64,000 nucleotides of DNA, taken from positions 151,280,001 to 151,344,000 of the forward strand of contig OX597815.1 of assembly GCA_951406725.2 (NCBI GenBank), given 5' to 3'. The stretch comes from Octopus vulgaris. Taxonomy: Eukaryota. A program made the position numbers and the translations under genes. Within the stretch, counting starts at the first letter, position 1, and every line of letters begins with the position of its first letter. Of this stretch, positions 13,376 to 27,983 are shown piece after piece. Under the pieces are notes generated by a model. The model did no database searches and had not been told where the DNA came from. It saw only the letters and a list, made by a program, of their open reading frames with translations.

Positions 13376-16167
13376 GGATATATCCTATATCATCATTATA
13401 TGTCTGCTTTCCATAGAGGCATGGGTTGAGCAGGTTACTGTAGTCCAAGTCCTTTTTTTTTAAGTTACTGCCCTCCAAGACAGGTTGGAAGACCACAACT
13501 CACTTGTATGTTTCAATTTTGGCATTGTACAGTTAGACACCCTTCTTTTCACCAACCATTTTATTTATTGGACATTCTTCATCCATTAATATTGCTCTCT
13601 ATACCCACATATTATACTGGCCAGCCCATCCCCCTCCTAAAACCACCAAATTATCTCCTCATACACTACGCCTATTTCTCTCTTTCTCTTACTCTGTACC
13701 CACTCCTGCAACCTACCCAAATATATCATCTCTCCCATCCAATTGTATCATCATTACTATCCTGCTGCCAGCATCCCTCTAGCCTCCCTAACTCATGTGC
13801 CTATAGATGTTGCCTGCCTTAACTCTCCCATTTTTTCCTATCTCTTCCTCATCCTTACCTACTAACACTCACCTTGGACCCTGGAGTGCCACCTGGACAC
13901 CTCATTACCATTGTCTCTTTGGAAATGCCAATACTTCATTCTCATTCTTCTATATGTGAGTACACATGTAGCTCCTCTACAACACGAACCTGCTCTACCC
14001 CAATTTCTTTCCTCATACCTTAACTCCTGTCTAACATAAGGATGAACCCCATTCCCATTCTTTGGGTTTTGCAGATTTGCAAGCTGCATGGTAACCTCAA
14101 TAATACTAGTGACATGAAAAAAAGCCCATAATAAAACAAATTCTGCATCCACACAACCATTATTGCCCCTCTTGCTCATAATAAAGTGCTTACTAAATTT
14201 TACATTGGCAAATCCTGACATACTGGCATCAAATACTCTAACAAGTAAAAAGAAAAAAAATTATAATCTTTCGGTTACACCATTGCTTATTTTAACAATC
14301 TTCATAAGGCTGTTGTGAAGCAATTAAAACCGACTCAACAGAGATTGAGACAGAATTCTAAGCGTCAGCCTCACTTACAGCAATCAGTAATACCAGCACC
14401 AGCTCTGTTGCATATGTCAAGAGTAAAACTGATTGTTTTAACAATCAGTTAGCAAACATAACAAGCAATTTAATTTAGAAACAAACCAATTTCTAATGCC
14501 ATTTTTAAATTGACTAATAATTAACGAATGCTTGTCGTTGAAAGAGCATCTGTATTTTCAACATTTAAATAAATAACATTCAGAGAATGTTCACTAGCAA
14601 CAAAGTGGAATGCTTTCTCTCTCAAGAAAGACTTATCTTAATGCCACAAAAACTGAGTTATTCATTAACCTATGAATTAGTAGTTGTTTCAGAAAATATT
14701 AAGAATACTATTGCAGGCATTGTTGTAAGAGGTTAAGAAGTTAGCTTCCTAAAATGGCTATGGGTTCAGTCCCACTGCATGACACTTTGGCAAGTGTCTT
14801 CTGCTATAGCCTTGAGAGAAGATGGACCTCATCATTGTTTAATGTCCACCTTTCATGCTGGCATGGGTGGGACGGTTTGACAAGAGTCAACCAGGCAGAA
14901 GCCTGCACCAGACTTCTGTAACTGTTTTGGCAGGACTTTTACAGCTGGATACCCTTCCTAACACCAACCACTCAGCAGAGTGGACCTAGTGCTTTTTTAT
15001 GTGGCACAAGCATAGGCAAGGTCGGTTTTGGCAAAGTTTTTACAGTTGGGTGCCCTTCCAAACACCAACCACTTTACAGTGTGGACTGGGTGCTTTTAAG
15101 TGGCACCTGCACTGACAGGGTTACCAAGTACTTACAAGACGTGGTGGAAAAAAACTTAAACAAGCCCGTCATATTCATGTGTGTGTGTGTGTGTGTGTTT
15201 GACATTATGTAATAGCTGTAAACAAATGTCACTGTCATACAAGTGGCGTCTTTCATTTCCAATCTTTCATGGAAACATGTTCAAGCACAGGAGAAAGTAT
15301 CTTTCCTGGAAATAGTTAAGTGTTGGCAACAGGAAAGGCATCCAGCCCCTTGATGAATTCTGTCTGACCCATGTAAGCATTTAAAAAGTGGATGCTAAAA
15401 TGATGGTGATGACGACCGTTCCTACAAAAATGGCTTTGTTTTCATCAAAATAAAGCATTGTGATTTACACAAAGTAATCTTAATCACAAAGAAACAAAAG
15501 AAAAAATACATATGAAAATTTTTTTACTTGTGTACAAGATTCCAGAATGTGTTATGCATATTAGAGGTTATATTAAAGTTAATAACTTTTATTACATTAA
15601 ATCTAAACACAGAAACACACACATCTATCTTTTACTTAGACTATGGCCATGCTGGTGCATGGACCTCAAGAATTTTTAGTCAATTGAATCAATTCCAATG
15701 CTTACTTTATGAAGCTGGTACTTATACTATCAGTCTCTTTTCCTGAGCCACAAAGTCATGGGGACATAAACACACCAACACAGGTTATCAAGCAGTGGAG
15801 GGGGACAGACTGACACACCCACACAACAGTCTTCTAGTTTTTGTCAACCGAATCCATTCACAAGGCTTTGGTTGGTCTGTGGCTATAGAAGACACTTGCC
15901 CAAGGTGCCACACAGTGAGACTGAACCCAGAACCAAGTTAGGAAGCAAGCTTCTTACCACACAGTTACATCTGTGCCTATGCATACAATCATCAACAGGT
16001 TTGCAAAAGTTGGGGGAAACAAGATTGAGGTAGTTAGATCACACGCGGACAATAGTAGAAGTTCATCTGCAAATGGTAAAGTAATGACATTGTGTTATTT
16101 CATGAAGTTCTGGTCCAGAATAATGTTAGCACATAAGTTAGATAGAATTGATAATGTTGCTTTCATC

Positions 16168-16550
16168 TCTTTTACTTGTTTCAGTCATTTGACTGTGGCC
16201 ATGCTGAAGCACTGCCTTTAGTCGAGTAAATCGGCCCCAGGACTTATTCTTTGTAAGCCTAACACTTATTCTATCAGTCTCTTCTGCCGAACCGCTAAGT
16301 TACGGGGACGTAAACACACCAGCATTGGTTGTCAAGCGATGTTGAGGGGACAAACACAGATACACAAATACATATATACATATACACATATAAAAGATGG
16401 GCTTCTTTCAGTTTCCGTCTACCAAAACCACTCACAAGGCTTTGGTCGGCCCGAGGCTATAGTAAAAGACACTTGCCCAAGGTGCCATGCAGTGGGAATG
16501 AACATGGAACCATGTTGTTGGTAAGCAAGCTACTTACCACACAGCCACTC
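16168..16550 (-). mobile_element. tRNA-derived SINE (family A), uninterrupted
   Basis: Full copy showing the intact target site gcaagctactt^accacacagcc. Confidence 0.85.
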
Positions 16551-16647
16551 ATTCATTCTTGCAAAATAATAATGAAAGAGCAAAACTACAGGAATTTTAG
16601 TAATGAATGTTGTAGTCATCACTTCAAAACTACTATTTCTTCTATGA

Positions 16648-16846
16648 CAGAGATTCCCAACTGGTGGTTCCTGACTCCTTGGTGGGATCGCAGAGCCTTG
16701 ACAGTGGGGTTGCATAGCCTTGCTAGAAGTGGCTTGGGATAATATTAATTAATTAAAATGTAAATCAAGATGCTGATAGTAGGGGTCACATGGGTTTCAA
16801 GCTTTTAGGTAAGGGGCTGCAAGCGCAAAAACGTTGGGAACCGCTG
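16648..16846. mobile_element. hAT-type MITE
   Basis: TIRs cagagattcccaac / gttgggaaccgctg; 8-bp TSD ttctatga / ttctgtga. Confidence 0.7.
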
Positions 16847-18298
16847 TTCTGTGATATGAAATCTTGAATGTCCCAGTTATATTTTTACTCATAAAGCTTT
16901 CCGAGCTTCCAATACCAGAGCAGAGACTGTGCAATCATTTTTAAAGACTTTGAAACAATAGGTTGGTCATGTTGATAGGAAGCTTGCTTCTCAACCACAT
17001 GATTTGTGTTCAGTCCCACTGTGTGCCACCTTGGGCAAGTGTCTTCCACTATAGTTTCAAGACAATCAAAAGCTTGTGAGTGAATTTGGTAGGTGGAAGT
17101 TCCATTGTATGTATGTGTGAAACTGCTTGTGCCTCCTTTAACAGATAGGAGAAAACACTAGTATGGCATATTCTGTAGCAGTTGTTTCAGGTGAATTCTT
17201 TCACAGTACATTAAAAACAAGTAGAATGTATGTTTCCACAATAAAAGGAAAGACTGCATTAGGCCTCACAGAGGCAAAGTGGCTGAGTTCCTTTCGAGCG
17301 TTGGGCCTCATGGAGGCAATGACCAAGACCTTTGGCATTATGTCATGCTTGAGGAGACCCATCAAGCCAAGCAAAATTAGTCATGACAGATACTGGTGTC
17401 ACATAAATGGCACCCATGACTGTGGCACATAAAAGCACCCATTACACACTCTCGGAGTGGTTGGTGTTGGGAAGGGCATCCAGCTGTAGAAAACCATGCC
17501 AAATCAGACTGGAGCCTGGTGCAGCCTTCCAGTACTGGTCAAACAGTTCAACCCATGCTAACATGGACAACGGACATTTAATGATGATGCACCCCAGTGT
17601 CATGCAAATGGCACCTGTGCCAGTGGCACATAAAGGCACCCATTACACTCTCAGAGTGATTGGCATTAGGAAGGGCATCCAGCTGTAGAAAACCATGCCA
17701 AATCAGACTGGTCAAACTGTCCAACCCATGCAAGTATGGACAACAAACGTTCAATGATGATGATGATTGTGGAGTCACGGTAGCTATGGTGGTTTTAGCA
17801 ATTAACAGCATCATTTGGATACTTGTGATATTTTGTTAAAGACATAGCAAACAGGTGCAGGCACATGGTTTTTGGTTCAGTCTAACTACAAGGCACCTTG
17901 GGCAAGCATCTTCTACAGTAGTCCTGGATCAACCAAAGTCTTGGAAGCAGATATGGTAAACAGAAACTGAAAGAAGCCTATAGCATGTATGTGTGTGTAT
18001 ATATATTATATATCATCCTCATCATTGTTTAACATCCATTTTCTAAGGTGACATGGGTTGGATGGTTCAACAGCAGCCAACAGTGCCAAATTCAAATAAA
18101 TTTAGCATGGTTCTATAGTTGGATGCTGCTTCTAATGCCAACCGCCTTACAGTGGGTGCCAGGTGCTTTTTGTGGGACCAACACTAGTGAGGTCATCAAG
18201 TAACTTGCAAAACAAGACTCCTTGACTGATGAGTGTAAGTAACAACAGAGGTGGCTTTACGCAAGGTGACAAGAAGTCAAAGTATAATAAAGGGACAG

Positions 18299-18303
<5 letters not shown>

Positions 18304-18341
<38 letters not shown>

Positions 18342-18442
18342 TGAGTGAGTGAGTGAGTGAGTGAGTGAGTGAGTGAGTGAGTGAGTGAGTGAGTGAGTGA
18401 GTGAGTGAGTGAGTGAGTGAGTGAGTGAGTGAGTGAGTGAGT

Positions 18443-18489
<47 letters not shown>

Positions 18490-18505
18490 AGAGAGAGAGA
18501 GAGAG
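18304..18505. repeat. Compound microsatellite (GT)n(GAGT)n(GA)n
   Basis: Directly visible. Confidence 0.95.
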
Positions 18506-19502
18506 TTTGTATTTCTTCAAGTGTGTTCACTGCTTGTAAACAACCACATCACTGATAGCATCGCTTGTAGTTCCCCACAAAAGCAAGTCTAGGCTTTGCA
18601 AACTGTCTCAATGTGTGCAATCTTTCTAAACAAAAGGTTCATTTTTGATGTTGTTTGCTTCCATCTTCCATGAAACTATGTCCAGGTTCTTTATTGTCAA
18701 ATAAATGGGAAATCATTACCTCACTTGGAAATGGATAGCTGATGGAGAGGAAGAGTATCTGGCGACTGAAAAATCTGTTCCAATATTCATTCATCTAATT
18801 CATGCAATCATAGAGAAGTAGATGTTAAAGCTTTGAACAATGGAGAAGTTGGTGCAAGTATACTGTTCAGAGTCCTTGTGGACCAAATCTAGAGCTTGCG
18901 CGATCATAAGCTGTAGTTAGAGTCAATGGTATATTCTCTAGATGTCATTGAGAAAATACATTTGTGTTAAGACTAGAAATAAAGACATCTCTTATTGATT
19001 TTTTGCAGTATAATGCAGCAGTAATATTCTGAAAATTGCAGACATTCACCACTTGGCATGGTGCCTGAAGAAATTCATCAATTGACTCAGCTAGATATTG
19101 TTTTCATGCAGCTAATTGGTGTCTGGTATTATCTCATTCCTCGCCTTCATCATCATCATCATCATCGTTTAACATTCGTTTTCCATGCTGGCATGGGTTG
19201 GACTGTTTGAGTGAGGTCTGGAGAGCCAGCGGCAACATCAGGCTCCAATCTGATCTGGCAATGTTTCTACAGCTGGATGCCCTTCCTATCACCAACCACT
19301 CCAAGACTGTAGTGGATGCTTTTTATGGCACAAGAGCCAATCAGGTGGGCCTGGCATCGGCCACATTTGGTTGGTGCTTTTTACATGCCACCAGCACAAC
19401 AGCCTGTCAGGCAGACCTGGTATCAACCATGTTCGAACGGTCCTTTTTACACGCCATATATATATATATGTATATACACACACACACACTCATATATACA
19501 TA

Positions 19503-19825
19503 CAGTGGCAGACTGGGTCTAAAAATATTGGTTGCCAGGAGACTAAGAAGGACAAACTGCTACTACAAGGGGTCCACCCGCAACTACAAGGGAGCCCACC
19601 TGCAACTACAGTGCTATCATTTAATTATTTTTTTTTGTTAAAAGTATTATTTTCAACTGTCTACAAATACAGTCAGGCTGAAATAATACATTCTTCCAGG
19701 GGTGAATAAAAAATTCTCAAACTTGAGGGGATGGGCCCCTTAATTACTAACACGGGCCCCCATATATGGATTCTAATGGTGCAGGGGCCCACTCGCCATC
19801 AGGCAAGCTGGCCAGTCCACCACTG
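19503..19825. mobile_element. hAT-type MITE
   Basis: TIRs cagtggcagactgg / ccagtccaccactg. Confidence 0.6.
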
Positions 19826-21493
19826 TGTGTGTATGTATGTAAATATATATATATATATATATATATAATGTGGCCTGCTTGCTCAGCCAGTGGGTGGCAT
19901 CATACAAAATCTAAAATGATGCAAAATGCAATGTGACCAGCGATGTTTAGCAACATCAGATAGTCTGGTGTGTGTGGGGAGGGGAGGTGTGTGTGTGTGA
20001 AGGCACAATGGCCCAGTGGTTAGGGCAGTGGACTCACGGTAGTAGGATTACAGTTTTGATTCCCATACTGAGCGTTGTGAGTGTTTATTGAGTGAAAACA
20101 CCTAAAACTCCACGAGGCTCCGGTAGGAGTGGTGGTGAACCCTGCTGTACTCTTTCACCACAACTTCCTCTCACTCTTTCTTCCTGTTTCTGTTCTACCT
20201 GTATTTCAAATGGTCAGCCTTGTCACACTCTGTGTCATGCTGAATCTCCCTGAGAACTACGTTAAGGGTACATTTATCTCTGGAGTGCTCAGCCACTTGC
20301 ACATTTAATTTCACAAGCAGGCTGTTCTGTTGGTTGGATCAACTGGAACCCTCGTCGTTGTAACCGACGGAGTGCCACAACAATATATATGTGTGTGTAT
20401 ATATATATATATATTTAGTAGAGAGCAGACAATCTCTACATAACAGCTTCAAGAGAGATAGAGTCAGTAATGTATTCATCAACTGTTGGTGATATAAAGT
20501 TCAACATATTAAGCTTATTTACTGCATCTTCCTACTTCAGTTGATAGGTCTTGTCTTACATGTTATTTGTTGATGTGACTAGTGCCATGTAAAAAGCACC
20601 TTGTAGACACTGGAGTTTTGTGCATTCCTCTAGTTAACCAGCACCTGTCAAACCATCTAACCCATGCCAGCATGGAAAACAAGCATTACATAATAACAAT
20701 GATGCTTTTAGTGCTTGAAAGATTTGGGAATATCTGTACTAGCATAATTATTCCTTGGAAATAGAAGTGGTATTTGGATTAACTACCCATGGTCAAAGGT
20801 ATTTTTCTATCTTTTTGAGTAAATACAATTAAGTAATTGGAGTGAAAAGCCAATTGCACCAGAGGCATTGAAAATGCATGTTTGAGATTACTATCAAAAG
20901 AAATGATTGAAAAGAAGGTTAGGATCTCTAGTATTATAAGCAACAGGAAATATTCTTGGTATCAGTTCATCACAGGGACTCCTTTAAACAGAGTTCTCTT
21001 TGTTTAGAGTAAACTCGGTTCTAACATTATAATCCTGAAAATAGTACAAGATAAATTTTATTCAATCCAATTCTTCGATTCAGCTTCCATTCCTCTTCAG
21101 TGCTACTTATGTTTTTACTATTACACCCATTTCACGAGACAGTTGTAATAGTAACAAAATACCAGAAAAGGGTGCAAAATTGAGAGACACAAGATAACAA
21201 CTACTCAATTCTTTCTCCATGAACTAGTAATGGCCATTCCAAAAGTCTGCTGATCAAATATTGCATCCGTCTCATGAGATAGGTTTATAGTCAAAATTCA
21301 CCCCTCAGTAACTATACGTCACTTGCATTATTAAAGCCACAAAGAAAGACATAAATATCATATAATGTCATTTCTCTCTATTTTTATACATCTAAAAGCT
21401 TTTACTAAAGTTGTTGCTGTTTATCCAAAGCTCAGTCCTGACCAATCACCAAGTTGATATTGTGACACAATCTTGCCTTCAATCCAAATGTTT

Positions 21494-21883
21494 GAAAGAC
21501 TTCCTTTTATACTACCCCAACAAAATTTTTTTTTAAATATTACACATGGGGGAAAATTGATTTTCTACCATGTTTTATAATAATAATGAGGAGGAAGTCA
21601 TAAAAAATTGAGAATTCCTATTAAAAAAAATTTATTGTATTATGTATATTCATGTCCCAAGGCAAGGCAAATTTCATAAATTTAGGCAGTTTAAGCCTTA
21701 ATGTTAGGCAAATTGAGACATGAATATACATAATACAGAAATTAAGGTTTTTTTTAATAGAATTTTTAAATTTTTATGACTTTCTCATCATCATTATTAT
21801 TAGATGCGGTAGGAAATCAATTTTCCACCATGTGTAATATTTTTGAAAATAATTTTATGGTGAGACACAAAAGGAAGTCTTTC
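21494..21883. repeat. Long imperfect palindrome (~167-bp arms, ~50-bp spacer)
   Basis: gaaagacttcctttt...gtattatgtatattcatgtcccaa is the reverse complement of ttgagacatgaatatacataatac...aaaaggaagtctttc. Confidence 0.85.
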
Positions 21884-23738
21884 CCAAATAGGTTCCATAA
21901 AATTCCAGATACCCAAAAATGTGAATAGAATTATGATAAAATACCAAGGAATAAATTTAGGACACAGAAACACACGTTTATGTGGTTAAGAAGTTCATTT
22001 CACAACCACGTGGCTTCGGGATCAATCTCAATGCGTGACACCTTGGACAAGTGTCTACGATAGCCTCGGATGACGAAGGTTTGAGAATAAAATGTTAAAA
22101 CATTGGTGGACGGAAACTGTATGGAAAAACTCGCCGGGGTCGTCTATAGGTGCATTTAATATGTCGCCCTGTTTAACGCTACCACCTGACGATTTGCGAA
22201 GTTAACCTTGTTACAAGCATTCTGACTAAGTTTCCAGCCTGGGAATAACTGGCTCCTATCTTCCCACCAATTTCGGAAGCTCTAAATAAAAATAAAATGG
22301 GAGGAGGGGATCATAGGTATTTCCAGTCCTCTTTAGATTAATAGATTACAAAAAGCGAAGAATGTTTGTCTACTTTTTTCTAGCAGGTCGAGCGACAACG
22401 TAGAAATGTTCTTATTAATGCGCTTGCTAATGAAGTAATCGCTGTTGTTGTTGGCAAACATGGTTTATTAAAGGACAGACTGATTCAGGTTTCGCAGACG
22501 TTTTTTACGTTTCATGTTTTAAGAAACAAAGCGAGGTGGGTACAATTTAGAACAGTGGGAGAAAGAGTTAATAAATAAATATTAGGAATACACTGTAATC
22601 CATTATTCTTATTCAATACAACACACACACACACAAATAAATGACAAAGCTTTGCGTATATCCCAAAGAAAATACCAGTGCGTTGCAGACATCATTACGT
22701 CTCAGTCCTTGTAATGTAAAAAAAAAGTGAGTACATGTATTGCTACAAATTATAATGCAAAGTAACATTTGTTTTAAAATGCAATGGCAAGAAGAAAAGA
22801 AGTAAAAAATACCTGAAATTAGTTGTAGGCCGGCAAATGGGGGGAAAAAATCTACCATTCATATATTCACATCAACAAGCTGCTATCAACAAACGTCAAT
22901 CCGGTAGCCATTATTGAATGTAAAATTTGGAATTAGCGGTAAACGAAATGCAGATTTAAGTAAAATAAATACCGTTTTATAATAATTAACCTCGTTTGTT
23001 TTTGCAATTTAAGATGATTATAATTAAAAATTTTTCTTCAATGAAATTACTAAGTACTTTTTAATGAAATTAGCATATCAATAATTTGCAACATTTAGGG
23101 GCATCCGTTACAAAATTTAAGCGAAACGAAATAATAATCTCTTCGAAACCTGTTCAACATTTAGTTTTTCCCTAATTATGTTTTTTAAAAAAAGAGCAAT
23201 GTTAATTAAATTTCTTTTAGCATGCTGAGTCTGGAGGAAAAGGCAGATCCCAAAACTCTTGCAGCCCTTCCGAGACTGGCAAGATTGAAGCTGTTAATAA
23301 CCCGTTTTATACTTTGCAAGTTAACACTGCAGTACGATATAAACAGGAAAAAATTCCACATTACTAACTCATTGAACATAAAACCCCAGAAACAGCTGTA
23401 AAGTGTTATCTGCATTTTTCACTTTTTTATTTGGACAGTTCAGCATAAACCACTATGAAGGACTACTGTGACATTAGAATATTAACTCTCATGATATGTA
23501 CCTATTTAAAAATAATTACTATGAACTCCGACTTTCTTGTAGAACTTGATACTGTTTACAACTGCCTGTCCATTTTTACTATGTGTGTGTATATGTGTGT
23601 ACTATGAGCTTCTTTTAGTCTCTATACAAGTCCACTTGCAAGGCTTTAGTTGCTATGGGGCTACAGTATAAGACACTTGTCAAGGTGCTATGCAGTGGAA
23701 CTGAACCCAGAACCATGTGGTTGGGAAGCAAACTTCTT

Positions 23739-25183
23739 TACTTCTTTTAAATTGCCATAAAGGCATTACATAGAGGGGTCACTACAACATATGTGGAGAC
23801 ATATAACAATTAAAATTAAAATATGATGCTATGAACGACACATGAAAAGCATTAAAATCAAAATATTAAAATAATGACACATGAATGGTAAATGAGAATA
23901 TGAAAAGTGTTACCCCACACTAAGTAACACTACTTGCCATCTCTGAGTCCTGAGTCCTCTGTAGTCTTTGATCTAATTTTTTGTTTACCATTTTCCTCAT
24001 CGCTGAGTGACAACACTCTCTCCTCCATGTACACGTAACCTTTTTCACCGTGAAAGGGGGTCTTGTAAATTTTGTAGTGTCTGTTCTTTCTTCTTCTTTT
24101 TTTCCTGTGGAGAGAGGGGGTGGGTGGGTTTGGTGTCTGTATGGGGAGGGTGGGTTTGAGTGGTCTTGGGTGGGATGGTGTTGGTCTGGGGTCCCATATC
24201 ACACTGATTGTTCTTCCTCTTCTTTCTCTTTTTCCTTTTATTCTCTGTCACTGTCCATTCATCCTCCTTGTTCCTTTCATCTATCTGTACTTCTTCCTTT
24301 TTCTCCTCCATCTCCACCACCACTTCTACTCTTGTTTTCCTCTGCAGAGGGCAGTGCATTCTAATGTGGCCCTTTTGGCCACATTTAAAACATCGTGGGA
24401 TTCTTCCCACTACCCACACTCTCAACACAATCTCTCCCAACGTCACTGTCTCCACCAAACTCTCCAATTGTCTCTCCTCTGCCCGTATAATGAGGTCCAG
24501 TGTTTTTCCTCTCCATCATCCATTCTCCATTTCTGTAACTTGGAGGACAGCCACCTCCTCACTTCCAACGAGGACGGCTGTGGCAACCCAAGCCACTTCT
24601 ATATCAGGTGGAATTCCTTCTACCCTCACCTTAGAAGTCCTTCTTCCAAGGTACGTGGGCAGAAGTACTACTTCCTCCATTTTTACAGTTGCAGTCGCCA
24701 GCCTCTTTACCTCATCTGCTGTCCTAAACTGGACAACCACCATTCCATATCCATTTCCTTTCGCTATGTACGTCACTTCCTTCGAAAGCCCCTTCAATGC
24801 TACTTTTTTTTTTACTTTTTCCATCTCCATCCACTCCACCTTCCTACTCTCCACTGAGTACACCTTGTAGGTAATGGTCTTCTTTTCCATATTTACCATA
24901 ACTCTTTCAGAGGTAATAACTTTATGTTGCTTTCTGTGTCATCTTACTCAGCTCCTTCAGTCTGGCTAGGTCCACCTCCCTTTTCTTCACCTCTGCAGCC
25001 TCAGAAAAACTCTTTACTCTTTCCAAATGCTCATCCATTCTATTTACTGCCTTAATGAGCTCCTCCTCTGCTGAGGATGACTCAGACTTGTCTTTACCGG
25101 TATAACACCCGCTGCCAAGCAACACAAAAAATTCCATTCGACTCATCAAAAATCAACACAGCGAATAGACCGATGCAGGCGAT
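23739..25183 (-). mobile_element. ORF1-only (HAL1-like / half-Tx1) non-autonomous retroelement, copy 1, inserted in a family A SINE
   Basis: 15-bp TSD ggaagcaaacttctt (23724-23738 and 25184-25198). Frameshifted ORF1 (ORFs 24922-25149, 24516-24899, 24045-24467, 23930-24202) with zinc knuckle CFKCGQKGHIRMHC and basic tracts. No RT between the TSDs. Confidence 0.85.
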
Positions 25184-25531
25184 GGAAGCAAACTTCTTAC
25201 CACACAGCTACACACACACATAATATGTGCCACTGTGGAGAATGGACGTTAAATGATATGATGATGATATACATATATACATATATGGTAGTGAGGATTG
25301 ACCTGCAAGACTCCAATGCCACTGCTATGTAGAAAGCACACATGGTGGTGCCACATATATGCACCCTGCACATTCTATAAAGTGGTTGGCATTGGGAAGG
25401 CCATCCAGCCATAGAAACCATGCCAAATCAGATTGGAGTTTGGTGCAGCCTCCAGCTTGCCAGCCCTGGTCAAACCATCCAACCCATGCTAGCATGGACA
25501 ATGGATGTTAAATGACGGTGATGATGATATA

Positions 25532-25582
<51 letters not shown>

Positions 25583-26080
25583 TTACACATCTTTTCACAC
25601 ATGCCACCGGCACAAGCAAGGTCGTTGCCAGTACCGCTTGACTGGCCTCCGTGCCGGTGGCACATAAAAAGCACCCACTACACTCTCAGAGTGGTTGGCG
25701 TTAGGAAGAGCATCCAGCTGTAGAAACTCTGCCAGATCAGATTGGAGCCTGGTGCAGCCATCTGGTTCACCAGCCCTCGGTCAAAATCATCCAACCAATG
25801 CTAGCATGGAAAGCAGACGTTAAACGATGATGATGATATATAAATATATATTTTACAATTATATACATAATTATAACATATGTAGTGTGTTCATTCTCAG
25901 AGAATTTATGGTGGTAATAATATCTTTTGATGTCTATTTTTCAGTGTGTGGTGAGGCGCAAGTCAAGCCCTTGTTATAATTATGTATATAATTATAAAAT
26001 ATTTGTAAAATTTTAACTATGAGGTTTTATTTCTGCACTGACCACCTGGTAAAAAATCATTAATGATTTTTACCCTTAAT

Positions 26081-26154
26081 TATGTATGTATGTATGTATG
26101 TATGTATGTATGTATGTATGTATGTATGTATGTATGTATGTATGTATGTATGTA

Positions 26155-26203
<49 letters not shown>

Positions 26204-26205
26204 AT
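26081..26205. repeat. (TATG)n/(TG)n microsatellite
   Basis: Directly visible. Confidence 0.95.
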
Positions 26206-27983
26206 ATGTATAAAAATTAATAGATATTCTTTTACTTGTTTCAGTCATTTGACTGTGGCCATGCTAGAGCACCTCACACACACACACATGTATGTATGTG
26301 AGTATCTTTAGTATACCCCTCCTTTAATCAAGTATGATTCTGTTGTATTTATTAACATCTCTTCTCCCGGGTGTATGCAGTGACCACTTACAGCTCTCTT
26401 AATATCAATAGTTTTGTATTTCTATCACGAAAATTTGAATTGTTCTTACAAAAAGTTTCAAAAAAAAAGTCTTATTATCTTGTCTCTCTCAATAAGATTT
26501 GCATTTCACTTGCTCATGGTATTCCCGTATATTCATACTTCCACCACCTACACTAGGAATTTCCCTTTCTCCTGTCCTCCCATACTCCTTGCTTATACTA
26601 GCATCCTATCAATGATGATATAAAAAGAGCAGAGCAGTCCCGCATGATATTATAAATATTAATGATTTAAGAATACCAATAATTCATTCTATACTTACTA
26701 ATAATAGTTGTAAGCTATACCTTAGTGGTTAGACACAGGAAGTGTGAAAAGTGAATGAATGATGATAAATTTAATGTGAAAACAGACAGACATAAAGCTT
26801 TCTCTTATAGGCACAAGAGCTGAAATTTTGTGGGAGGGCGCTATTTTATTACATTGATCCCCAGTGCTTGACTGGTGCTTATTTCATTGACTCTGAAAGA
26901 CAAAGTCAACTTCAACAGAATTTGAACTTAGAATATAAAGATGGACGGAATGCTGTTAAGCATTTTTCCAAGCATGCTAGCAATTCTGTCAGCTCATTGT
27001 CTTATAGAACAGGCATTATAATAAACCTTTTTAGGCAGAAGGCCTAAAATTATGTGGGAGGGGGCTATTTGATTACCTTGATGCCAGTGCTCGACTGGTA
27101 CTTATCAACCCTAAAAGGATAAAAGACACAGTCACCCTTAGTGGGATTTGAACCCAGAATGTAAAGACAGACAAAATGCTGCAAAGTATTTTGTCTGACA
27201 TGCTAACAATCCTGGCAGCTTGCCACAGGACAAACATAATAATTCTACTTTTGGCACAATGTCTGAAATTTGGGACTGGTGGCGGTTTATTTGGGGCTAG
27301 TCGATAATATCAATCCCAGTGCTCGACCGATAGTTATTTTATTGACCCTGAAACAAACAGACACAAATACATACAAACATACATCATCATCATCATCATC
27401 ATCATCATTGTTTAACGTCTGCTTTCCATGCTAGCATGGGTTGGATGATTTAACTGAGGTCTGGCAAACCAGATGGCTGCACCAGGCTCCAATCTGATCT
27501 GGCAGAGTTTCTACAGCTGGATGCCCTTCCTAACGCCAACCACTCCAAGAGTGTAGTGGTGCTTTTATGTGCCACCAACACGAAGGCTAGTCAGGTAGTA
27601 CTGGCAGTGGCCACACACAAATAGTGTTTTTTACGTGCCACCTGCACTGGCAATGACCTTGCTTGAATGTTTTTTTCATGTGCCAGTAAGGCGATGCTGG
27701 TAATGATCAACACAAATGGTGCTTTTTACATGTTATCAGCACGGAAGACAGTAAATGCTCTGGCAACAATCATCCTTGGATGGTACTTTTAGCGCTCCAC
27801 TAGCACGGATGCCAGTCATTGAATTTATATACATATGACAGGCTTCTTTCAGTTTCCATCTAACAAATCCACTCACAAGGCTTTGGTCGGCCCAAGGCTA
27901 TAGTAGAAGACACTTGCTCCAGGTGCCAGCAGTGGGACTGAACCCAGGGCCATGTGGTTGGTAAGCAAGCTACTTACCACACA

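Noticed and set aside
14427-14450. Perfect 11-bp hairpin aactgattgtt-tt-aacaatcagtt (also an 8-bp hairpin at about 5211-5229)
   Set aside because: Too short for a pre-miRNA and no other supporting context.
18147-18530. ORFs with YIYI, THSL or CVCV runs throughout the window
   Set aside because: Translations of microsatellites.
24120-24870. Long plus-strand ORFs of 245 and 220 aa
   Set aside because: Antisense shadows of the purine-rich minus-strand ORF1.
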